The notes under the pieces were generated by a model. That model saw only the letters and a list, made by a program, of their open reading frames with translations, did not search any database and had not been told where the DNA came from. Shown one piece after another: positions 30,189 to 40,627 of a stretch of 64,000 nucleotides of DNA; positions within the stretch are counted from its first letter, which is position 1; each line of letters starts with the position of its first letter. Made by a program: the position numbers and the translations under genes. This stretch comes from Vicinamibacteria bacterium. GTDB taxonomy: Bacteria > Acidobacteriota > Vicinamibacteria > Marinacidobacterales > Marinacidobacteraceae. The stretch lies in NCBI GenBank assembly GCA_963555995.3, contig OY821641.1, forward strand, positions 864,001 through 928,000. The letters are read 5' to 3'.

Positions 30189-30350
30189 GGGAGCGCCGGT
30201 CTTCAGACCGGCGCGCGCTGCGCCACCGCGCAGCGCACGGCACAACGCTGACCTGTGGGGTGGCGTCGTGTTCTCCGTCATCACCGCGAACCGCGGCACG
30301 ACATCCGCGGGCCTGCGGCCCGCGGTGCCGGTCTGAAGACCGGCGCTCCC
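30189..30350. repeat. REPIN-like element, main family
   Basis: Inverted GGGAGCGCCGGTCTTCAGACCGGC pair. The spacer is shared with the copies at 36567, 40790, 51056, 55608 and 59385. Confidence 0.8.
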
Positions 30351-30398
30351 AGCCGTCTCCATCGTTTTTCGTGTTGGCGGAGTGTGCAGGAGGACCGG

Positions 30399-30908
30399 TC
30401 ATGAGGGTCTCGCGGGCTGCCGGTCCGTCGCGCCCGGCGGGGACGGTGGTCCGCCCGCGGCCGGGGCCGTCTCCGGTCGTTCGGCCGGCGGGGCGGCCCC
30501 CGGAGCCCCTGCCGGCGCGCCGGCGGACCCGGGCAGCACGGGCGGTCCCCGGTAGAGCCGGAATCCGATCCAGACCAGCAGGAGGGGCCAGAACCGCAGG
30601 GCCCCCGGAATCAGCGCGAGCGTCGCGAGCACGCCGGCCGCCATCAGTCCGGTGGCCCAGTTCCGGTCCAGCGAGACGGCCGCCGGCCGGCCCTCGGCGT
30701 GCGCCCGCACGATCTCCTCGGCGGTCCGGATCGCGTTCACGACGCCGAAGATCCAGACGGCCAGCACGAAGGGGACCAGTTCTTCCCGGAGGAGGGCGAT
30801 GAACGCCCCGGCGAGCGCCAGTCCGCGCGCCGTCGCTCCGGCATAGAGATGACCGAGGCCGGGGAACAGCACGGAGAGGACTCCGGCGAGTCCCGGTGAA
30901 CGGTTCAT
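30399..30908 (-). CDS. Membrane protein (PGLGHLY motif plus LiaF-like TM region)
   Basis: SPGLAGVLSVLFPGLGHLYAG and FWPLLLVWIG; co-oriented within the ECF operon. Confidence 0.7.
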   Translation of the reverse strand: MNRSPGLAGVLSVLFPGLGHLYAGATARGLALAGAFIALLREELVPFVLAVWIFGVVNAIRTAEEIVRAHAEGRPAAVSLDRNWATGLMAAGVLATLALIPGALRFWPLLLVWIGFRLYRGPPVLPGSAGAPAGAPGAAPPAERPETAPAAGGPPSPPGATDRQPARPS

Positions 30909-31510
30909 GGGGAGACTTCTCCTTGCGGGTCGCCGCCGGGGGCCGGGCCGGCGTCCGCTGCGGGGGCGGACAGCAGTTCGTCACGGTGACGGGTCGCCCG
31001 TTCCAGGTCCCGGAGCCGGTCTTCCAGCCGTCCGATCTGGTCTTCGAGCGCGAAGGAAACCGAGGCGCGGAGCACGCCGAACTCGGCCAGCGCCCGGTCG
31101 GTCTGGCGATTCGCGGCCGCCCGCAGGCTGCTGACCCCGTCGGATGCCCGGGGGAGCGATTTGAGCGCTCCCCGGACCAGCGGGGGCTGGAAGAACAGCA
31201 GCATGGCGGCCGCCGCCGCGGCGGCGAGCCAGGTGGGCCAGTAGTGCGTCCGCCGGACGTAGCGCGAGCGGAAGCTCGGCAGCGTCGCGGCCAGGATGCG
31301 CCCCTGGAGGTCCGGCGGCGGGGTTTCCGCCCCGGCGGCGAAGTCCGCGAGACCCCGGCGCACCGCCCGGACCTCGCCGTAGAGACGGGCGAGCTCGGGA
31401 TCCTCCGCCAGCCGGGCCCGCACCCGCTGCGCCTCGTCCGGGCCGAGTTCTCCCGCGGCGAGCGCGGACACCAGGTCCCGGAGGCGGTCGTCCGCACGGG
31501 CGCCGGTCAT
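30905..31510 (-). CDS. Transmembrane anti-sigma factor
   Basis: Overlaps the sigma stop codon; ASD-like N-terminus (LVSALAAGEL..DEA.RV...L), PPPDL..RIL and a single TM helix. Confidence 0.75.
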   Translation of the reverse strand: MTGARADDRLRDLVSALAAGELGPDEAQRVRARLAEDPELARLYGEVRAVRRGLADFAAGAETPPPDLQGRILAATLPSFRSRYVRRTHYWPTWLAAAAAAAMLLFFQPPLVRGALKSLPRASDGVSSLRAAANRQTDRALAEFGVLRASVSFALEDQIGRLEDRLRDLERATRHRDELLSAPAADAGPAPGGDPQGEVSP

Positions 31511-32106
31511 CGGCCGCCTCCCGCGCCGGTCCGCACGGGTCCGCCGCGGCCCAGCGCGCGCCGGTCCCGCGCGAGCGTCCGGCGGGCGCGGTGGATGCGG
31601 GACTTCACGGTCCCGAGCGGGATGGCCAGCCGCTCCGCGATCTCGGGATAGTCGCAGTCCAGCAGGTCCCGCAGGATGAGCGGCTCCGACAGCTCGGGCG
31701 GCAGCCGGTCGAGCAGTTCCCGGATCCTCCCCGCCTCCTCGCGCCGTTCGGCGATCGCGTCCGGCTGCCAGGCCGCCGGCACGGGAGCTTCCGGGATCTC
31801 CTCGTCGGGCAGCAGCAGCGGCGTCCGCCGCCGGCGCCGGTAGGCGTCAATGGCCACGTTGGTGGCCACCTGCCGCACCCAGGCGCCCAGCGCGCCGCTC
31901 GGGCGATAGCTGGGCAACACGTTCACGAGCCGCAGGAAGACGTCCTGGGTGAGTTCGTCGGCGTCGTCCGGGGTCGCCGCGAAGCGGTAGGCGATGTGCC
32001 AGACCGGCGTGCGGAAACGGTCCACGAACGCGCGCCAGCCGTCCTCGTGACCGGAGAGGCACTGGCGAACGAGTTGGGCATCGGAGATCTGTACGGGGGA
32101 ATCCAA
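31507..32106 (-). CDS. ECF RNA polymerase sigma factor (RpoE/SigW-like); start approximate
   Basis: SDAQLV..CL.G...W, DADELTQDVF, W...VATN.AID and YPEIAERLAIPLGTVKSRIHRAR. Confidence 0.92.
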   Translation of the reverse strand: MDSPVQISDAQLVRQCLSGHEDGWRAFVDRFRTPVWHIAYRFAATPDDADELTQDVFLRLVNVLPSYRPSGALGAWVRQVATNVAIDAYRRRRRTPLLLPDEEIPEAPVPAAWQPDAIAERREEAGRIRELLDRLPPELSEPLILRDLLDCDYPEIAERLAIPLGTVKSRIHRARRTLARDRRALGRGGPVRTGAGGGR

Positions 32107-32143
32107 TGGCGGCGCTTCGGTCTTCTCCCCGTCAACCGACCAT

Positions 32144-32170
32144 AACGAAACCGGGCGTTCGCCGGTTCTC
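32144..32170 (-). promoter_or_regulatory. Putative ECF-type autoregulatory promoter
   Basis: The minus strand reads GAGAAC-N17-CGTT just upstream of the sigma gene, matching the general ECF AAC/CGT pattern. Confidence 0.4.
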
Positions 32171-32234
32171 GATTCCCGGGACCGGGGCTTTCGGGATCCC
32201 TCCGGAGTGGGGATTCGGCCAGCTTCGGGGCTTA

Positions 32235-32415
32235 GCAGCCTGTGGTGGAACCCACGTGAGCGCCGAGAGCGGTGAGGCGCCCGGCTGACAAGGCGCGTGA
32301 GGGAGGAATACCGGGTGTATTCCGACCGAAACGCAACGCAGAGCGCCTCGTAGAGGCGCGGTTCAGCCGGGATGCATCGCCGCTCGAACGCCGCGTGGGT
32401 TTCACCACAGGCTGT
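32235..32415 (-). mobile_element. 181-bp MITE, copy 3 (reverse orientation), overlapping the nrdR stop codon
   Basis: TA|GCAGCCTGTGG...CCACAGGCTGT|TA. It is close to the reverse complement of copy 1, and the nrdR TAA uses the TA plus the terminal base of the element. Confidence 0.85.
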
Positions 32416-32906
32416 TAGCGGGTCTTCCGAACCTTCTTCCGCCGCTTGGCGGGCGCCCGCTTGCGCAGCAGGGCCTCGACCTCCTTCACGAAGTCGCGGG
32501 TGTCCTGGAAGTCGCGGTACACCGACGCGAAGCGGACGAAGGCCACGTGGTCCTCCCGCTTCAGTTCCTCCATCAGCACTTCGCCGATCTCGGCGGCGCT
32601 GAGTTCGCGGTCGGGACTCTTGGCCACCTGCGCGCCGACCCGGTCGGCGATGGCCTCGATCTTCTCCTCCGCGACCCGCGTTCCGCACGCCTTCTTGAGT
32701 CCCGACAGCACCTTGGCCCGGTCGAAGACCTCCCGGTCGCCGTTCTTCTTGACCACCATGCACGGGATTTCCTCGACCGCCTCGTAGCTGGTGAACCGCT
32801 TCCCGCACCGGATGCACTCGCGCCGGCGGCGAATGACCTCGCCCTCCCGGCTCTCCCGGGAATCCACGACCCGGTCTTCGGGATTGCCGCAGTACGGGCA
32901 CTTCAC
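32415..32906 (-). CDS. nrdR: Transcriptional repressor NrdR
   Basis: MKCPYC, VVDSR, IRRRRECIRCGKRFTSYE, ATP cone and AFVRFASVY. Confidence 0.97.
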   Translation of the reverse strand: MKCPYCGNPEDRVVDSRESREGEVIRRRRECIRCGKRFTSYEAVEEIPCMVVKKNGDREVFDRAKVLSGLKKACGTRVAEEKIEAIADRVGAQVAKSPDRELSAAEIGEVLMEELKREDHVAFVRFASVYRDFQDTRDFVKEVEALLRKRAPAKRRKKVRKTR

Positions 32907-33829
32907 GATGGTTGCTCCACGGTGCGGGCAGCGTACATGTTCTCGATGGTCCGGGCCGGCTCCCGGAGGGCGATGTCCATCTCCATCCCGGCCCAGGTCG
33001 CCGCGCGGGGGACGAGGCCGACGATCTCCGAGTGGACGACCCCGGTACCGGCGGCGCCCGCCTCCGCGAGGACGCGGCCGAACGCGTCCGCCAGCGAGGT
33101 CCGGCGCCAGTCGAGCAGGTTCATCGAGACCTGCGCGAGGACCCGGCGCCCCCCGGGATCGTCCTGCCGCACCCCGATCGCCCGGAGCGCGGGAAGACCT
33201 CCCCCGCTCGTGCGGATCCGTCCGGCGATGGCCCGCGCGATGCCCACGTCGGACGTGTCGAGGTTGACGTTGAAGGCGATGAGCGGCTGCCGCGCGCCGA
33301 CGGCGACCCCGCCGGCCGACGGGTGGAGGGCGGCGGGGCCGTAGTCGGGACGGATCTCCCCCCGGGCGAGGCGGTCCGCGAGGCCGCGGAGTCCGCCCTG
33401 CCGAATCCGGGGCAGCGCGCGCCGGCCGGGCTCGGCTTCCCCGTAGAGGAAGACGGGCACCGACCGGCCGGCGCCGATCTCTTCGGCCAGCGAGACGGCG
33501 AGGCGCACCGCCTCCTCCATGGCGGTCGCTCCCAGCGGCACGATCGGGAGGACGTCGAGGGCGCCGATGCGCGGGTGTTCGCCGCGGTGGCGGCGCAGGT
33601 CAATGCGGCGGATGGCGGTCTCGAGGAGGGCGCGCGCGGAGGAACGCAGTTCCGCGGCGCTCCCGGCGAGGGTGAGGACCGAGCGGTGGTGGGAAGGGTC
33701 CGCGTGCACGTCGAGAAGCGGCCGCCCGGCCGCGTCCGCAAGCAGGCGGAGTGTCCGCTCGGACCGTCCCTCGCTGAAGTTCGGGACCGCCTCGAGCAGC
33801 GCGTTCGGGGCCGGTGCGTCGTTGCCCAT
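32903..33829 (-). CDS. ftcD: Glutamate formiminotransferase (stand-alone FT domain)
   Basis: EAVPNFSEGR, D.SHHRSV.T, IDLR.H.GEHPRIGA.DV.P, GAR..LIAFNVNL, QVSMNL and SEIVGLVP. Confidence 0.9.
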   Translation of the reverse strand: MGNDAPAPNALLEAVPNFSEGRSERTLRLLADAAGRPLLDVHADPSHHRSVLTLAGSAAELRSSARALLETAIRRIDLRRHRGEHPRIGALDVLPIVPLGATAMEEAVRLAVSLAEEIGAGRSVPVFLYGEAEPGRRALPRIRQGGLRGLADRLARGEIRPDYGPAALHPSAGGVAVGARQPLIAFNVNLDTSDVGIARAIAGRIRTSGGGLPALRAIGVRQDDPGGRRVLAQVSMNLLDWRRTSLADAFGRVLAEAGAAGTGVVHSEIVGLVPRAATWAGMEMDIALREPARTIENMYAARTVEQPS

Positions 33830-33966
33830 CCAGCCCTCCTCGCCGGGCCCGTTTCGGGCGAAATCCGACCGTTCCGTCCCGGAGGCCGGCAGTATAGTTT
33901 CGCTGTTCCCCACCACCCCCGGTGCCGGGTTCCACCCATGATTCGTGTTTTCCCCGGTTCCGCTTT

Positions 33967-35016
33967 GTGAGCCCGGACGATCGGGGAGAGGGCGCCGCCG
34001 GGTCCGGTCCGGAAGCAGGGGCCGGCGTCGCGAGACCCGATCCCGGGCCGGGCCAAACCGGGGGAGCGACCGCCGCCGGGGAGGCGGAGGGGCAGCGGGA
34101 GGCCGGCGCGCGCGAACGGGTCGAGGAGGCGCTCCGCCGCCGGGCCGCGCGCGCCGCGGAGGCATCCGATGCCCCTCGCGACGGGGAACCGACCGCCGCC
34201 CGGCCTCCTGCTCCGGAGGCCGCCGCCGGCGAACACTGGAGTCGGACCGTCCGGAGGCGCGTGGCGGAACGAGACGGCGCACCGGCCGCGGAAGGGGAGG
34301 GTGCGGGCGGGCGTTCCCCTGCCGCTCCGGCCGAGGAAGTCCGCGAACGGGTCGAGCGCCGCCTCCGGGAAGCCGAGGAGCGCCGCAGCCGGAGCGCCGT
34401 CGCCGCCGGCCCGGCGGGAGGGCCGGCCCCGGCGAGTCCGCCGCGGGCCGCCGCCGGTCCCGGGCCCGAGGACCTGCCGCTCCGGCCCGATGGCGCGCCC
34501 GATTGGGAGACGCCCCCGGCCGAACCCGGAGCGGCGTCCGCGCTCGCCGGGGAGACCCTGCCGCCGGAGCGTCCGTCGCGGCTCGCCGCCTTCATCGCGA
34601 CCTGTGCGTTCCTCGGGCGGGTCCCGATCGCGCCGGGAACCGCCGGTGCGGCCGCCGGCCTGGCCGCGTTTCTCCTGACGCGGAATCTGCCGGGCGTGCT
34701 CCCGGTGGCCCTGTTCGGGGCGGCGGTGGCGGTCGGCCTCTGGGCCGGCGCGCGTCACGCCAAGGACCTTCGCCAGCCGGATCCGCGTTCGGTGGTGGTG
34801 GACGAGTTCTGCGGCATGTGGCTCGCGCTCGTCGGCACGAACCCCTCGGTTCTGGTCATGGTGGCGGCTTTCGTGGCGTTCCGCTTCCTGGACATCGTGA
34901 AGCCGCCTCCCGTGCGGCAGGCCGAGCGGCTTCCGGGCGGGATCGGGATCATGGCCGACGACCTGGTCGCGGGCGGCGTCGTGCGCCTGGCGCTCCTGCT
35001 CGCCCTGGGCATGTGA
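33967..35016 (+). CDS. pgpA: Phosphatidylglycerophosphatase A with a long N-terminal low-complexity extension (start uncertain)
   Basis: C-terminal APGTAG, DPRSVVVDEFCG, FRFLDIVKP and GIMADDLVAG motifs. Confidence 0.85.
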   Translation: MSPDDRGEGAAGSGPEAGAGVARPDPGPGQTGGATAAGEAEGQREAGARERVEEALRRRAARAAEASDAPRDGEPTAARPPAPEAAAGEHWSRTVRRRVAERDGAPAAEGEGAGGRSPAAPAEEVRERVERRLREAEERRSRSAVAAGPAGGPAPASPPRAAAGPGPEDLPLRPDGAPDWETPPAEPGAASALAGETLPPERPSRLAAFIATCAFLGRVPIAPGTAGAAAGLAAFLLTRNLPGVLPVALFGAAVAVGLWAGARHAKDLRQPDPRSVVVDEFCGMWLALVGTNPSVLVMVAAFVAFRFLDIVKPPPVRQAERLPGGIGIMADDLVAGGVVRLALLLALGM

Positions 35017-36317
35017 CGAGCGGCGGGGCTCTGCCGCCCGGTGCGGCCGTGGTGGCGGTCGGCACCGAACTCCTCGCGCCCGGCCGCACCGACCGCAACA
35101 CCCCGCTGCTGAAGGAGCGGCTCGCGGACCTGGGAGTGCCGGTGCTGTTCTCGGCGGTCGTTCCCGACGAACGGGCGATCATGGAGGAGACCCTCAAGAC
35201 GGCCCTCGGCCGCCACCGGTACGTGCTGGTCTGCGGCGGGCTCGGCCCCACCACCGATGACCTGACGCGTTTCGCGGCGGCGAGCGTCCTCGGGGTCCGG
35301 CTGATCGAGGACGCGGCCTCGCTTGCGAGCATCGAAGCGCGGTTCCGGAACCGCGGGATCGAGATGCCGGAAGTGAACCGGCGGCAGGCCCTGATTCCCG
35401 AAGGAGCGGCGGCGCTGCCCAATCCGGCGGGGACCGCGCCGGGAGTCCTGGCGCGCACCGGCGCCGGCGCGTGGCTCGTGCTCCTCCCGGGGCCGCCGGC
35501 CGAACTGGCCGCGATGTTCGACGCCGAGGTGCGTCCGCGTCTCGCGCGCGCCACCGGAGGTGTCGAGGGTCCCGTCCGCGAGACCCTGATGGTCGCCGGA
35601 CTGCCCGAATCGGTCCTGCAGGAACGGATTCTGGATCTCACCCCGGCGCCGGAGGCGCCGGACCGGCTCGCGATCCTCGCTTCCGGCGGCGAGATCGAGA
35701 TCCGGGTCACCGGACGCGCCGGACGGGCGGCGGAAGTCCGGGGGCTCGCGGATCGAATGGCGGAACGGCTCGGACCGGCGGTCTTTGGCCGGACCGCCGG
35801 GGAGCATCTGGAGCATGCGGTGGGACGGCTGCTGGAGCGGCGGGGAGAACGCGCCGCGTTCGCCGAGTCGCTCACCGGCGGCCTGATCACCGAGCGGTTG
35901 ACCCGCGTGCCGGGATCCTCGGGGTGGTTCGACGTGGGCGTGGTGGCCTATGCCAACGAGGCCAAGCGGGATCTGCTGGCGGTTCCGGAAGAAGCGCTCC
36001 GGGCGCACGGAGCGGTCAGCGAAGCGGTGGCGACGGCAATGGCCGACGGTGCGCGCCGCCGCTCCGGCAACACCTGGGGAGTCGCGGTTACCGGGATCGC
36101 CGGTCCGGGGGGAGGGAGCGCGGAAAAACCGGTGGGTCTCGTCTGGGTCGCGGTCAGCGGCCCGGTGTCCCGCACCCGGCGGTTCCGCCTGCCGGGAGAC
36201 CGGTCGCTCGTGCGGCAACTCACCGCGACGGCGGCGCTCGACCTGCTGCGCCGGAGCATCGTAGCGGCCGGCGGACAACGCGGCGGGAGGGCCGACGCTG
36301 GCGATGCACCCGGCTGA
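35013..36317 (+). CDS. cinA: CinA (MoCF-like domain plus NMN deamidase PncC domain)
   Basis: VGTELL, GGLGPTTDDLT, NPAGTAPG, LPGPPAE, AESLTGG, PGSSGWF, HGAVSE, TGIAGP and KPVGLV. Confidence 0.93.
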   Translation: MTSGGALPPGAAVVAVGTELLAPGRTDRNTPLLKERLADLGVPVLFSAVVPDERAIMEETLKTALGRHRYVLVCGGLGPTTDDLTRFAAASVLGVRLIEDAASLASIEARFRNRGIEMPEVNRRQALIPEGAAALPNPAGTAPGVLARTGAGAWLVLLPGPPAELAAMFDAEVRPRLARATGGVEGPVRETLMVAGLPESVLQERILDLTPAPEAPDRLAILASGGEIEIRVTGRAGRAAEVRGLADRMAERLGPAVFGRTAGEHLEHAVGRLLERRGERAAFAESLTGGLITERLTRVPGSSGWFDVGVVAYANEAKRDLLAVPEEALRAHGAVSEAVATAMADGARRRSGNTWGVAVTGIAGPGGGSAEKPVGLVWVAVSGPVSRTRRFRLPGDRSLVRQLTATAALDLLRRSIVAAGGQRGGRADAGDAPG

Positions 36318-36729
36318 CCCGGTTGCTGTGAAAACGCCGTCTGGGCGAAAGGTCAACCAGCGCAAGTCGCGCCGCCGGCTGGGACCGCCGGTCTTCAGAC
36401 CGGCACTGGCGATGCGCCGGGCTGACCCGGCTGCCGGGCGAAAGCTCAACCAGCGCAAGTTGCGCCGCCGGCTGGGAGCGCCGGTCTTCAGACCGGCACT
36501 GGCGATGCGCCGGGCTGACCCGGCTGCCGGGCGAATGGTCAACCAGCGCAAGTTGCGCCGCCGGCTGGGAGCGCCGGTCTTCAGACCGGCACACGCTGCG
36601 CGGCAGCGCAGCGCACGGCACGACTCCGGTCGGCGCGGTGGCGCCCCGCGCCCGGTTCATCACCGCGGGCAGCGACACGACATCCGCGGGCCTTCGGCCC
36701 GCTGTGCCGCTCTGAAGAGCGGCGCTCCC
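36300..36729. repeat. Three tandem ~93-bp REP units ending in a REPIN (36567-36729)
   Basis: GCCGGTCTTCAGACCGGC hairpins at ~36381, 36474 and 36567; closing GCCGCTCTGAAGAGCGGCGCTCCC at 36706-36729. Confidence 0.85.
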
Positions 36730-36803
36730 AGCCGTTTCCGCCGTTCTCCTGCCCGGTGGGGTGCGCGCGAGGGTGCGACAGGCGGTTGAGGCCGGCTGTA
36801 CCA

Positions 36804-37460
36804 ATGCGAGGGTCCGGGCCGATCCCGCGAAAGCGCGGGGTAGCAGCCCCGGCGCCGCGGCTCTTCGCGGCGCTGCCGCTCCCCGAATCGCTCCGCCGGG
36901 AACTCCTTGCCGCCTCGGGAGCGGTCGCCGGCCTGCTCCCGCCCTCCGTCTTCCGCCGGGTCCCTCCCGGGAACCTCCACCTGACCCTGCGCTTCTTCGG
37001 CCCGGAAGGGGGTCCCGTGGAGCGCGGGCGCATCGCGGCGCTCCTCCGCGCGCGCCTCGAGACCCGCCCCCCGGGGCCGCTGACCCTGAAGGCCGGGGAG
37101 ATCTCGGCCTTCGGCTCGCTCCGCCGCGCCCGGATCGTCTGGGTGGGGCTCGCCGAGCCGGCGGTTCCGGAGGGTGCGCCGGGACGGCTCCCGCGCCTCC
37201 AGACCGAGGTCGAGGCGGTGGCGCGCGAACTCGGCCTGCCTCCCGAAACGCGGCCCTTCGTTCCCCACGTGACCCTGGGGCGGTTGCGCGCTCCCGCGCG
37301 GCTGTCGGCCCGCGGCCTGAGCGCCGCCGTGCCGCGGGCGCCGGACGCCGCCTGGTCCGCCGCGTTCCCCGTGACGGAGCTCGGTCTCTTCGCCAGTTCC
37401 CTCCGCCCCGGCGGGGCGGTGTACGAACGCCTCGACCGGCTCCCCCTCGCCGGACCCTGA
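36804..37460 (+). CDS. thpR: RNA 2',3'-cyclic phosphodiesterase (2H family)
   Basis: RLFAAL, NLHLTLRF and FVPHVTLGR (two HxT motifs); canonical position after cinA. Confidence 0.9.
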   Translation: MRGSGPIPRKRGVAAPAPRLFAALPLPESLRRELLAASGAVAGLLPPSVFRRVPPGNLHLTLRFFGPEGGPVERGRIAALLRARLETRPPGPLTLKAGEISAFGSLRRARIVWVGLAEPAVPEGAPGRLPRLQTEVEAVARELGLPPETRPFVPHVTLGRLRAPARLSARGLSAAVPRAPDAAWSAAFPVTELGLFASSLRPGGAVYERLDRLPLAGP

Positions 37461-37470
37461 CCGGACGCGG

Positions 37471-38610
37471 CTATTCGCGCCGCTCGGCGAGCCGGAAGTC
37501 GGCGAGGAGATCGGGGCCGAGGCAGGCGTAGCGCGCCGAGCGGTGCTCGGGCTGGGCGGGGGGCAACTCGCGGTGGCCCCCGGCCGGCGCCCGGGTGGCG
37601 TCGAAGAGTCCGGTTCCCTCGGCGCGGCCGAGGAAGCGCGGCGCCAGGTAGAGCACCAGGCGGTCGGCCAGCCCCTGCTGCAGGAAGGCCGAGGTGAGGC
37701 GGGGACCCGCCTCCACCAGCAGGGTGTGCGCGCCGCGGCGGGCCACTTCCGCCAGCACCGGTTCGAGCGCGATCGGCTGGGCGACGCCCGCGGCCGGGGC
37801 GCCCGCGGCGCGCTCCACGGCGGCCTCGACCACTTCGACGCCCCGGTCCTCGAGGCGGCGGCGGGTGGCCGGAGGCGCCCCGGGTGCGCAGATGACGAGC
37901 ACCGGGTCCCGATCGAGTCCCCGCAGGATGCGCGCCTCGGGGGAGATCCGCAGGCTCGGGTCGAGGACCACCCGGAGCAGGGGACGCGAACCGCGCCGCG
38001 GCCGGGGCGTCAGCAGGGGGTCGTCGGCCGTCACGGTCGCGATCCCGGTGAGGATGGCGTCGTTCTCCCGGCGCAGCACCCGCCCGTGGCGGCGGGTGCG
38101 GGGCCGGGTGATCCAGCGGGTCCCCGGCGGGGCCATGACCCCGTCCACGGAAACCGCCGCCTTCACCGTGACCCAGGGGGCGCCGGTCAGGAGGAACTTG
38201 AAGAACGACGGATTCAGGTCCTGCGCTTCCTCGCGGAGGACGTCCGTCGTCACCTCGACGCCGGCGGACCGGAGGCGGTCAAACCCGCCGCCGCGCACCC
38301 GCGGGTCGGGGTCGGGATGGGCGGCGACGACCCGCCGCACTCCCGAGGCGATGATCCGCTCGGCGCACGGTGGGGTCCGTCCGACGTGACAGCAGGGTTC
38401 CAGGTTGACGTAGAGCGTCGCGCCGCGCGCCGCGCGCCCCACCTTGAGCACCTGCGCTTCCGCGTGCGGGCGTCCGGCGCGGGCGTGGAAGCCCTCGGCG
38501 AGCACCCGCCCGTCGCGGACCAGGACGGCGCCCACCGCCGGATTGGGCGGCGCGGTGTACTGCCCGAGCCGGGCGAGCTCGAGGGCCCGGCGCATGAAGC
38601 GGTCGTCCAC
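37471..38610 (-). CDS. ribD: Bifunctional riboflavin deaminase/reductase
   Basis: MRRALELA, PNPAVGAV, HAE, NLEPCCH.GRTPPC, G..TV.ADDPLLT and LLVEAG. Start at GTG 38610. Confidence 0.95.
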   Translation of the reverse strand: MDDRFMRRALELARLGQYTAPPNPAVGAVLVRDGRVLAEGFHARAGRPHAEAQVLKVGRAARGATLYVNLEPCCHVGRTPPCAERIIASGVRRVVAAHPDPDPRVRGGGFDRLRSAGVEVTTDVLREEAQDLNPSFFKFLLTGAPWVTVKAAVSVDGVMAPPGTRWITRPRTRRHGRVLRRENDAILTGIATVTADDPLLTPRPRRGSRPLLRVVLDPSLRISPEARILRGLDRDPVLVICAPGAPPATRRRLEDRGVEVVEAAVERAAGAPAAGVAQPIALEPVLAEVARRGAHTLLVEAGPRLTSAFLQQGLADRLVLYLAPRFLGRAEGTGLFDATRAPAGGHRELPPAQPEHRSARYACLGPDLLADFRLAERRE

Positions 38611-38676
38611 GGAGCGGATCGTATGGGCACGGCCGCCGGCTTGCGCGGCGGGAACGGATCGGGCAATCTCAGCCGC

Positions 38677-39300
38677 ATGTTCACGGGACTGGTCAGCGCG
38701 GTGGGAGACGTGCAGGCGGTGCGGGACCTCGAAACCGGACGGCTGCTCACCATCGGGCACGGCGGCGGCGCGTTCGCGGGGCTCGCCGCCGGTGACAGCG
38801 TCGCGGTGTCCGGGGCCTGCCTGACCGCGGTGGCGGTCCAGCCCGCGTCCGCGTCCTTCGAAGTCGCGGCGGAGACGCTCTCGCTGACGACGCTGGGCGG
38901 CCTGGGACCGGGGAGCCGGGTCAACCTGGAGTTGCCGCTGCGGGCCTCCGACCGGCTGGGCGGGCACTTCGTCCAGGGGCACGTGGACGGCCGCGGCGAG
39001 GTGGTCGAAGCGGGGGGACCGGACGACGACTACCGGATCAGGATCCGGCACGGCGAGCCCCGCTGGATCGTCCGCAAGGGTTCCGTCGCCGTGGACGGCG
39101 TCAGCCTGACGGTGGCCTCCGCCTCGCCGGGCGAGGCGTGTTTCGAGGTCATGCTGATCCCCCACACGCGCGCCGCCACCACCCTCGGGGCGCTCCGGAA
39201 CGGGGACCCGGTCAATCTCGAATACGACATCCTCGCCAAGTACGTCGGCGCGCTCGTCTCGAATCCCGCGTGGAGGCCGGCAGGAACGGGCGAAGGCTAG
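38677..39300 (+). CDS. ribE: Riboflavin synthase (alpha chain)
   Basis: MFTGLV start, GDSVAVSGACLT, VNLE, GGHFVQGHVD, KGSVAVDGVSLTV and IPHT. Confidence 0.96.
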   Translation: MFTGLVSAVGDVQAVRDLETGRLLTIGHGGGAFAGLAAGDSVAVSGACLTAVAVQPASASFEVAAETLSLTTLGGLGPGSRVNLELPLRASDRLGGHFVQGHVDGRGEVVEAGGPDDDYRIRIRHGEPRWIVRKGSVAVDGVSLTVASASPGEACFEVMLIPHTRAATTLGALRNGDPVNLEYDILAKYVGALVSNPAWRPAGTGEG

Positions 39301-39355
39301 ACTTTCTCGTCGAGACGGTTACCGAACCAGGGCCCCCGGGGTCCGACGAGGTGTT

Positions 39356-40591
<1,236 letters not shown>

Positions 40592-40627
40592 CGCACCGCA
40601 GCACCGGCCCGGATGGCGCCGCCGGCT

